This document shows, piece after piece, positions 1 to 7,673 of a DNA stretch of 64,000 nucleotides. The stretch lies in the NCBI GenBank assembly GCA_965199675.1, contig CBDATI010000015.1, positions 98,217-162,216 of the forward strand, written 5' to 3'. The notes under the pieces were generated by a model. The model was not told the origin of the DNA and did not search any database. It worked only from the letters and a program-made list of their open reading frames with translations. The translations under genes were made by a program, and so were the position numbers. The DNA is from Vicinamibacterales bacterium. Its GTDB lineage: Bacteria > Acidobacteriota > Vicinamibacteria > Vicinamibacterales > UBA8438. Each line of letters opens with the position of its first letter. Position 1 is the first letter of the stretch.

Positions 1-999
1 TGGCACAACCAGCGGCGCACGTACTACGTGCGGGTCGGCAGCGTGAGCCGCGAGGCGAGCCCCGAGGAGTTGGCGCGCCTGTTTCAACAGCGCGGCGCTT
101 TCCGCCCCGAGCTGCGGCCGGTGTCGGGTACGTCGATCGCGGATCTCGATCGCCGGCGACTCGAAGACTACTTCCTGTACGTTCGCCAGCAGGAGGCGCC
201 GGCGTCGAGGCCGTCGGACGAATGGCGGCGGGAGACGGCGGCGTGGGCCAGGAACGAGGACGAGGCGAACTGGAGATCGCTGGTCGACCTTCGGGAGCAG
301 GAGTGGCTGGCGGCGCGGGGCGCCGAATGGGTCTCGCTCCTCGTCAACACGGAGTTCCTCGACGACAGCGACCGGCAGCCGGCGACTGTCGCCGGGCTGC
401 TGCTCTTCGGCAGTCGTCCCAGCCGGTACCTGCCCCAGGCGAAGATCGACGCGGCTGCCTATTTCGGGCGCGAGAAGGACTACGACGCCCGGGAGCGCCG
501 CACGTTGCGGGGGCCGCTCGTCCGTCTGCAGGGCGCTGACGGCGCTGTGCTCGAACCGGGTCTGGTGGAGCAGGCCGTGGAATTCGTCAGGCGGAACATC
601 GCAACGGCTGCTCTCGAGGACGGCGCACGGCGACAACCGCGATGGGACTATCCCGAAGAGGCGGTTCGCGAGGCGGTCGTCAACGCGATCGTGCACCGCG
701 ACTACCTCCTGTCGGGGACCGACATCGAGATCGGCATCTACTCGGATCGTCTCGAGGTCGTGTCGCCCGGCCGCCTGGCGAACGGCATCACGCCGGCCCG
801 CATGCGCAGCGGATGCCGGAGCGCGCGCAACGAGCTGTTGAAGGACGTGATGCGGGACTACGGGTACGTCGAGCACATGGGGATGGGCATACCCCGGAAG
901 ATCATGCGCAGCATGCGGGACCACAACGGCACCGACCCCGAACTGCTCGAAGAAGACGAGCGCTTCACCTTGAGACTGTGGAAGTCTGCGGCGCCTTGA
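1..999 (+). CDS. AlbA_2/HATPase_c_4-type putative DNA-binding ATPase (often annotated RecG-like helicase or transcriptional regulator); 5' end outside window
   Basis: Frame is open from base 1. The C-terminal motif VREAVVNAIVHRDY...GMGIPRKI is typical of the HATPase_c_4 domain that follows AlbA_2 (Schlafen-like) domains. The leading YYVRVGS..R.A...EL.RL resembles the end of AlbA_2. Confidence 0.65.
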   Translation, partial: WHNQRRTYYVRVGSVSREASPEELARLFQQRGAFRPELRPVSGTSIADLDRRRLEDYFLYVRQQEAPASRPSDEWRRETAAWARNEDEANWRSLVDLREQEWLAARGAEWVSLLVNTEFLDDSDRQPATVAGLLLFGSRPSRYLPQAKIDAAAYFGREKDYDARERRTLRGPLVRLQGADGAVLEPGLVEQAVEFVRRNIATAALEDGARRQPRWDYPEEAVREAVVNAIVHRDYLLSGTDIEIGIYSDRLEVVSPGRLANGITPARMRSGCRSARNELLKDVMRDYGYVEHMGMGIPRKIMRSMRDHNGTDPELLEEDERFTLRLWKSAAP

Positions 1000-1289
1000 C
1001 CTCGCGCCGCGCAGACGCCGGTGGCCCGGGCGCGGCGTGTCCGCGAGTGGTTCTGCCGGACGCCTGACCGGCCGGGCTGTCCGCCGACGTGCTGTCGCGC
1101 GGAATTCTCCTGAGCCCGCACTCCGCGCGGCAGGTTCACCACGGACTGCCGCCGCCCTCGGTGGAAGAAAGGTCGCGGTTCGAAGGCGAGTCCGAGACTG
1201 TGGACCGCCCACGGGCCAATCCGATCGGCCGGCGCCCGGCGCGCGCCCGCAGGGCGCGAATCTCCGTGCCGCCGTGATCGCTCGCGATT

Positions 1290-1488
1290 CATCGAATGCG
1301 GCTCTCGGCCGCCGATGGTCGAACGTCGCGGTCCAGACCATCGACCATCGCGGTAGCGCCCGCGTCTCCGGTCACTCCTGCGCACGAATTCGGCCGACGG
1401 CGCATCATCGGGACGCCCCCCTCGTGGCCTCCGCTCGCGGGTCGCGTTTTCGCTTTCCCCCCAATTTACCCCCCAACTCACCTCCCAT
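1290..1488 (-). pseudogene. Remnant of the N-terminus of a P4-type (DUF4102 arm domain) tyrosine integrase
   Basis: Minus-strand pieces MGGELGGKLGGK / RPRGGRPDDAPSAEFVRR..GRYRDG / GLDRDVRPSAAESRIR* lie in shifting frames with a stop. They align to the first ~70 aa of the intact integrases (MGGKLDGNLVG..KPRGRHPENALSADFVRS..GRYCDGHGLYLDVQASGSRSWIQR). DNA around the start (ccat..tggtggaaaagcc) matches 45630-45655. Confidence 0.5.
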
Positions 1489-1862
1489 TAATGGTGGAAA
1501 AGCCGGCGCGGGGACAGACCCCTCCGCCGCCGGGTCCGCCATCGTGTTTTTGCCCGTATTCCGGGCGAAAACGCGGCTTTCGACGCCCGTCAGGACCGCC
1601 TGTACACGCCAAAACAGGGCGGACTGATCCTTCTCCCCGTTGCCGTGAGCGGCAGGCAACGATGCAACTGGTTGATGGCAGACATCTCGAAGGGGTCGTG
1701 GGTTCGGGCGCTACGCAGTTGACGCCCAGCTCCATGCACAACCAAGGAGGCCCGAAGCGTGACGCGGAGGGCGCAGTCGGCACCGGGGGGAGTCAGGGGG
1801 CGCGAATGGTCAGGTTCCCCCTGCGCTGGCGACAACGGACGGATTGACGAGGAGATTGCGAC

Positions 1863-3951
1863 ATGCGGACAGGAGTGATTTTCGCGAGAGGTCGTTGCAG
1901 AGCGCTGAAGTGGCTGGCGCTGTTCGGGGTGGTGTTCGTGCTGGGGGGCGGCTCGGGCGTCGCGCAGCCCAAGAACTACGAGATTGAGTTCGATGCTGAT
2001 CGTGTCGTCAGGGAAGGTGCGAGTACTACGATAACTGTGATGTTGTCGGCCGAAGTACCCGCAAACACGGGAAGCGACACAGTAATAGACGTCATGGTGG
2101 GTGTACGCCAACCAGGTGCCAGTGCATTCGCGGGCGCTGGTTGGGCCGCAGGCACCACGCCGGCCGAACTCAACAACGTGGATGTGACCTTCGCCGACGT
2201 AGCTACGTCGTTTACAATGAAGATTCCGAAGAACACGACCGGTAACTCTGAGCGGCTTGGGAGCAAGAAATCCATCTTGTTGCAGACAAACACGGACACC
2301 GATGCCGAGGACGAAGCTCTCGTCTTCTATGCTACAGCTGGTTCTGACTCGTCGCAGACGCCGCATGCCAGGAGCGCCCAACAGCTCATCATCGACGATG
2401 AGCAAACCCAGAGTTATGTGCTGTCCCTGCCAAAAGTCGACGGCAAGGCTCAAGACCCGACGGAAGCCGGTGACCCAGTCAAGGTGAAGCTGGAGGCCAA
2501 ACCGAAGCACGTCCAGGGCTATGCAGACCTGTACTTTCATATCGACGACAGCAAGTACGAAATCGATGCTGAAAGCCTTGGGCGCAAAAGGATAGGTAGA
2601 AGGGGCGACGACAGGGCCCCGGAGGATGGCGTGCCGGATAGTGGCCCTTTCAACGATCACACAGTCGAAATAACGGTTCCGAATAGCGACGGGGATCGGG
2701 AGTCGGACACTATCACCCTGAGTGTGCACTCGGGTCAGGCCGGAAACTCCATGCTGGAGGATTCGCTGCAGATCACAGTCAAGGACAAGGACCCGCTGCC
2801 CATGGTCACGGCGATGGTGGTGGACGACAAGGGCGAGGCCCTCGATCCGCAGCCCATGTCGGTGATGGAGGGCGAGACGGTCATGGTGAAGGTGATGCCC
2901 GTCGACAAGGACGGCAAGGTCATGAAGGCGATGGAGGACCTGTCGGTCATGCTGGCGCCGTCCTCGTCGAGCACGGCCGACGGCATGGACTACCGCATCT
3001 ACCAGGCCATCTCCGTTCCCGAAGGCATGAACTCCAGCGCGGCCGTTTCGCTGGAGCTGCTCGACAACGACGATGTGGGCGCCGAGATGCTCGTGCTCGA
3101 CGCCACCGTGTCGGGCGAAGCTGCCATCGGTTCCGGGACCGAGATGAGCGAGGCCGTGTTGTCGTTGGAGGTCAAGGACGAGACGACCCCGCTGGTCTGG
3201 GTGAAGGACGATGCCTACGACGCCATCATGATGGCCCTCGGCGACGACCCGCTGAACCCAGGCGACTCGGCCGAGATCATGACCGACGAACCTGTTCGGC
3301 CATCTGCCCATGGTGGACGTTTCGTACGGCGCCCGGGTGGAAGGCGGGGCGGTCAGCGCGTCCGCGAGCGGCGAGATGGTGATGCTGATGGCCGAAGCGG
3401 CCGGAAGCGACACCAAGGTCACGGTCATCGCCACCGCATCCATGGGCGATTCCCTGATGACGCACCAGGATCGTGCGAACGTTGCGGAACTCACGTTCCC
3501 GGTCATGGTCGAGCTCGCAGATCTCATGGTCGAGCTCATGGGCCCCGAAGACAAGAACCTCGTCGAGGGGATGTCCTACGAGATCTCGGCGATGGCGAAC
3601 CGCCCGGTCGAGATGGACACCATGGTCGAGTTGGTCCAGACCGACGGCACGGCCTCGCCGTCTGACTACACGGTCGAGCCCATCACCATCATGGCCGGCG
3701 ACAAGATGGGCATGACCACGCTGACGGTGGAACCCGACGCGATGATGGAGAACGACGGCAACATGGCGGAGATGCTGACCCTCGAAGGGCGGTTCGTCGA
3801 CGATATCAGCGGCGACACCATGCCCACCTACCCGATGAGCCTCAGCTTCTACCTGTGGGATGCCGCGGTTCCGGCCCTGCCGGTCATCGCGCAGCTCCTG
3901 CTGGCGGCGTTCCTCGCGGTCGGCGGCTACCGGCGCTACCGGCGGCGGTAG
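1863..3951 (+). pseudogene. Secreted Met-rich repeat surface protein, paralog A (Calx-beta/Ig-like repeats, C-terminal VPALP-TM-RRYRRR tail); +1 frameshift near 3281-3291
   Basis: ORF 1863..3665 is protein-like only up to ...DSAEIMTDE. ORF 3310..3951 in the next frame continues the homology. The uninterrupted paralog B (52056..) reads GEMIEIMGSALFNAAPNVTLSYSV, against AEIM / NLFGHLPMVDVSYGA here. Signal peptide MRTGVIFARGRCRALKWLALFGVVFVLGGGSGVAQP. Repeats end in ..IIDDE, ..VKDKD, ..LDNDD. Confidence 0.7.
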
Positions 3952-3987
3952 CCCGTCGTTTCGGTCGGCGGCGGCGGCTCTCCCTTG

Positions 3988-4030
3988 CCCCCTCTTTCCC
4001 GGACGCTCCGGGGAAGAGGGGGTTCTCGTT
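3988..4030 (+). terminator. Long GC hairpin downstream of surface-protein gene A (terminator-like)
   Basis: ccccctctttcccgg (3988-4002) pairs with ccggggaagaggggg (4008-4022), a 15-bp stem with one G-U, followed by ttctcgttt. A homologous hairpin follows paralog B at 51984-52018. Confidence 0.5.
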
Positions 4031-4059
4031 TGGCGGGTCGAGCAGGCGCAGCAGGCGCC

Positions 4060-4300
4060 CGGACGGTGATCATCACGCGCTTTGACGATCGCGTCGACAG
4101 CCTCAAACACGCGGATCGACGACCTTGTCGCGCGCTTCGACGGTCGCTTCGACGACGTCAACGCCCGCATCAGCGAGCTCCGCGCCGATCTTGCCCGCAT
4201 CGATGACTGGCTCGGGGCCGTCGAGATCGCCGTGGGGAAAGTGGATCAGTGCCTGCTGACCATCGACGCGTCGTGCTGCCCGGCGCCGGGGCTGACGCAC
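4060..4300 (+). pseudogene. Degenerate copy of the small coiled-coil gene found intact at 51528..51827
   Basis: Pieces in three frames read ..ITRFDDRVDSL / NTRIDDLVARFDGRFDDVNARISELRADLARIDDWLGAVEIAVGKVDQCLLTID / RRVVLPGAGA. They match NARIDDLRSELNARMDRIE...RNVEIAFAKVDQRLLTIERVVLPGAEQ. No N-terminal TM segment is recoverable. Confidence 0.4.
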
Positions 4301-4560
4301 GCCCGCAGGATTTCGGCGACTTGCCCGAACTCGGCCCCCCGGCCCACCCCGCCCTCAGCGCCCGCGCTGCTCGGTTCGGAGCTCGCCTCGACCCGCTTCT
4401 CGTCGCCCGGCGGCGGGAAACACTTGGCGCACGAGTACCGGTCGAACGGCCGCTTGTGAAGCCGGGGCGGGCGGTGCAACCGAAGCACGCCCTGCCTCGT
4501 CCATGGGGAGGCTGACGAAAGCCGTGCGGGTGCCGAGAAGCGGCCTCGTTCCTCAGGCGC

Positions 4561-5457
4561 CTACGGATCGAGGCCGAGGAGCCGGGCCGGGTTGTCGCGG
4601 ATCATCAGGTCGATGTCGGCGTCGCTGACGCCCTCGGCGCGCAGGCCGTCCATGAGGGCGTTCAGACCGTCGGGGTGCAGCGGGTTCCCGGCCTGCCCGA
4701 GATCGGACGACAGGAGGAAGTGGCGGGCGCCGTAGGTGCGGATGGCGTCGGCGTAGTCGGCGTATGAGAACTGGCCGTTCAGGACCGCCAGCCACACGAG
4801 CTCGATGATGACGTCGTGCTCGGCCATCGCCGCGAGCTGGTCGGCGGTCGGCGACTGGCCGAGCCCGTGGGTGACGAGAATCTGCTCGACGCCGCGGGCG
4901 CGCGCCTCGGGAATCAGGGCCAGCACCTCCGCGGGCGACGAGTGCCCCATCGCGAGCACGAGGTCGTGCTCGGCGATGAGGTCGAAGATCTCGCCCAGGG
5001 CCGGGTCCATGACGCCGCCGCGCATGACCGGCACGAACTCGCCGGGGTCGCCCGCGCGGGTCATCCAGAACTCGGCGTCGAACGTCGGCAGCCAGACCAC
5101 CTTGCCCCGCCCGCCGGAGAACGCCACCAGTTGCCGCACCGCCTCGGCGTTGAGACCGCCGACGGAGTGGTTGAGGGCGACGCCGCCGAAGATCTCGATG
5201 CCGGGCACCTCCTGCATGGCCAGCCACGCGCGGTCGGCGGTCATCGTGAAGTGGTTCTTGAAGACGAGCCCGCGCATGCCGGCTCGCTTCGCGATGCGCG
5301 CGATCTCGAGGTCGCCGACCGAGCGGGGCCGCGAGTCGGGCCCCGAGTGCACGTGGAAGTCGATGACCCCGGCCAGGCCGGTGGTCTGTCCCGCCGCCGG
5401 CTGAACCAGGACGACGCCCATCAGTGCCGCCGCCCAGGCGGCCGTCCACCGTCTCAT
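4561..5457 (-). CDS. Exported metal-dependent hydrolase (amidohydrolase-type TIM barrel)
   Basis: Signal peptide MRRWTAAWAAALMGVVLVQPAAGQ. HxH metal motif in VIDFHVHSGPD. Uninterrupted 298-aa ORF. Confidence 0.6.
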   Translation of the reverse strand: MRRWTAAWAAALMGVVLVQPAAGQTTGLAGVIDFHVHSGPDSRPRSVGDLEIARIAKRAGMRGLVFKNHFTMTADRAWLAMQEVPGIEIFGGVALNHSVGGLNAEAVRQLVAFSGGRGKVVWLPTFDAEFWMTRAGDPGEFVPVMRGGVMDPALGEIFDLIAEHDLVLAMGHSSPAEVLALIPEARARGVEQILVTHGLGQSPTADQLAAMAEHDVIIELVWLAVLNGQFSYADYADAIRTYGARHFLLSSDLGQAGNPLHPDGLNALMDGLRAEGVSDADIDLMIRDNPARLLGLDP

Positions 5458-5565
5458 TGCGTATCCTCTCCGGGCGCCCCGCGGCGCCCCGTTGTCCGGT
5501 CAGCGCCGTGGGCGGGCCGGACCGCGAAAGGTCCGCCGACCCGCCGTCTTCAGCCGACCGATCCC

Positions 5566-7350
5566 CTACTGCCCGGCCGACGCGCCGGCCGGCGGCACGT
5601 TGCCGTTCGGCTTGAGCGCGGCCACGCCCGGCGCCCCCGACGGCCCGCGCAGCGTGAACCAGAGCGTTCCCTCCGCGTCGCGGTCGAGCTTGGGCGTGTG
5701 CGCCCGCAGCTCGGGGAACGGGAAGTACGTGAAGTCGCCCGTCGCCTGATCGAATCGCACGAGCGCGTTGTAGATGCCGTTCTCGACCCACAGGTTGTCG
5801 TCGGCGTCGGGCCAGACGTCATAGGGGTTCCCGTCCTTGAGGGGCAGCTCGAACTCGGTGACGGTCCCCGTCGCGGGGTCGATTCGCGAGATGGCGTTGC
5901 CGAAGTAGTGGGCGGCCCACACCTTGCCGGCGGAATCGATGGCGGGGCGCCGCGCCGGATTGGCGAGCGGGTACGACCGCCACGCCGAGGTCTCCTGGTT
6001 GTACATGAAGATCGCGGGGGTGTGCAGGCCCACCGCCCAGACCCGGTCCTGCCGGTCGACGACGATGCCGTAGCCGCTGAACCCGGCCAGCGGCTCCCAC
6101 TCGGTGAAGTCGTTGGCGGCGAGGTCGAAGCGGCCGATGCGGCCGGCCGAGGCGAAGTAGGTGTACCAGAACTGCCCCCGGGAATCGACCCAGACGCTGT
6201 GCGGTCCCGCCCCCTTCGTCGGCATCGGATAGCGGGTCATCTCGCCGGTGGCGGGGTCGAGCTCGCCGAAATGGTCGCCGGTCAGCTCGACCCAGTAGAC
6301 GCGGCCGCGGTGCTCGACGATGCCGTGGGGGGTGACGTTGATGTTCCCGGGGTTCTCAATCCAGAGCTCCTCGGTGCGCGTCTCGAAGTCGGGGTCGCGG
6401 CTGTCCATGCGGATGATGGAGTTCGAGCCGTTGCCCGACACCCAGATGACCCCCGGCTCGGCGAGGCTCGCGAAGACGCTGTGGATGCTGCCGCGCGGCG
6501 GCGCGCCGTTCGCGAGCCGGCGCTGCGGTCCGCGTTTCAGCTCGTACTCGATGTAGACGGCCTCGGACAGCGCCTCCTCGTCGCGGACGAGGGGGTCGAG
6601 CTCGAGGTCGCGGGGCTCGGACCCGGGCCCGAAGAGGGAGGTCAGGTACTGGACGATCAGCTCCTTCTCCTCCACCGACACCAGGTCGTGGGTCACCTGC
6701 GGGACGCCGGGCGCCATGTTGGCGACGCGGCCGTCGACATCGAACATGCGGTCGACGGCCTGCCGCCAGCCGCGCTCGTTGCGCGGGCCCCGGCGGTGGA
6801 ACCCGGCCGGGCCGTGGCAGCCGAAGCAGCCGCGCAGCATGATGTCGCGGGCGGGGTGGGGCGGGTACAACGTGTCGAAGTCGACGATCTCGGCCGCCCG
6901 GCCGTCCGCGGCGCCCCCGCCGTAGTTGCGCTGCGCACTGGCTCCCCGCGCTGCCGCGCCCTCCTCGGGACCCCTCCCGAGGGCCGTCAGGGCGATGTCG
7001 GCCGTGGTCGTCTCGTCGGCCCGCACTTCGATTGTCGCGGTCGGCGACTCGAACGCCTCTTCGATCACCGAGACGTCGTAGGTGCTCGGGGGCAGATTGA
7101 AGATGCGGTAGCCGCCGTCCACGGTGTAGACGGTGTAGGCGATGCGGTGGACGGTGTCGTGCGCCTTCACGCGGAGGGCACGCACCTCGCCGTGGTCGGC
7201 CGTGACGCGACCCGCGATCTGGCCGGTCCCGCCGTTCTGGGCGAGGGCGGCCCCGCCGGGCAGGCCGGCGCCGACGAGCAGCATGGCCGCCGCGGCGGCG
7301 GCGAGGGCGACCGGACGCCCCATGTCGCCGGTTCGTGGTTGCTTCGGCAT
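5566..7350 (-). CDS. Secreted CarboxypepD_reg-like + mono-heme cytochrome c + Vgb/NHL-like beta-propeller protein
   Basis: N-terminal signal, then GRVTADHGEVRALRVKAHD...YRIFNLPPSTYDV (carboxypeptidase-regulatory-like fold). CFGCHG heme-c motif. Repeated propeller blades GPHSVWVDSRGQFWYT / GIVVDRQDRVWAV / PAIDSAGKVWAAHYFGNAISRIDPATG / YDVWPDADDNLWVE. Confidence 0.6.
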   Translation of the reverse strand: MPKQPRTGDMGRPVALAAAAAAMLLVGAGLPGGAALAQNGGTGQIAGRVTADHGEVRALRVKAHDTVHRIAYTVYTVDGGYRIFNLPPSTYDVSVIEEAFESPTATIEVRADETTTADIALTALGRGPEEGAAARGASAQRNYGGGAADGRAAEIVDFDTLYPPHPARDIMLRGCFGCHGPAGFHRRGPRNERGWRQAVDRMFDVDGRVANMAPGVPQVTHDLVSVEEKELIVQYLTSLFGPGSEPRDLELDPLVRDEEALSEAVYIEYELKRGPQRRLANGAPPRGSIHSVFASLAEPGVIWVSGNGSNSIIRMDSRDPDFETRTEELWIENPGNINVTPHGIVEHRGRVYWVELTGDHFGELDPATGEMTRYPMPTKGAGPHSVWVDSRGQFWYTYFASAGRIGRFDLAANDFTEWEPLAGFSGYGIVVDRQDRVWAVGLHTPAIFMYNQETSAWRSYPLANPARRPAIDSAGKVWAAHYFGNAISRIDPATGTVTEFELPLKDGNPYDVWPDADDNLWVENGIYNALVRFDQATGDFTYFPFPELRAHTPKLDRDAEGTLWFTLRGPSGAPGVAALKPNGNVPPAGASAGQ

Positions 7351-7673
7351 CGTCTCACCTCGTTCCCGGGTATCGCGGCGATCGCCGCCTCTCGCGGCGC
7401 GACGCTCCTGCCGCTTCCGGCGCGGCCGGGAGGCACGCGCTGGTGCGCCGGCCCGCCAATCGTCGCCTTCGGCTCCGCTCGGCGCCCCAATCTTGGCCTT
7501 CTGAAGGCTCCACCGATTCCGTGAACCTCAAGTATAGGAGCACGGCAGCCCGCGGCGAAACCGGGGGCTGTCGTCCGGTGCGGCGGCAGACGGGGACCGC
7601 AGGGCGCAGACCGCGTCGAACCCTCGCCTCTGCCGTCGGTCTTCCGGCGAATGCTCGGGTGTAAGATGGGCGC

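Noticed and set aside
1177-1185. T-loop-like GGTTCGAAG, possibly a tRNA or tRNA fragment next to the integrase remnant. I also looked in 45641-45827 and 49452-49994.
   Set aside because: The flanking bases do not form a T-stem (position 61 is G, and the 5-bp arms are not complementary). No acceptor or anticodon arms could be built. A tRNAscan run is needed for certainty.
222-1481. Overlapping ORFs 222..539(+), 642..1067(+) and 858..1481(-) inside or after the first gene.
   Set aside because: These are alternative-frame or antisense ORFs with Arg/Gly/Pro-rich nonsense translations. Only the 28..999 frame has a domain signature. The part of 858..1481 with meaning is the integrase remnant, reported separately.
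4246-4488. 80-aa minus-strand ORF (..HKRPFDRYSCAKCFPPPGDEKRVE..) with high third-position GC.
   Set aside because: It shares third-codon positions with the plus-strand frame of the degenerate coiled-coil gene, so the GC3 signal is not independent. It has no recognisable motif. Left uncalled.
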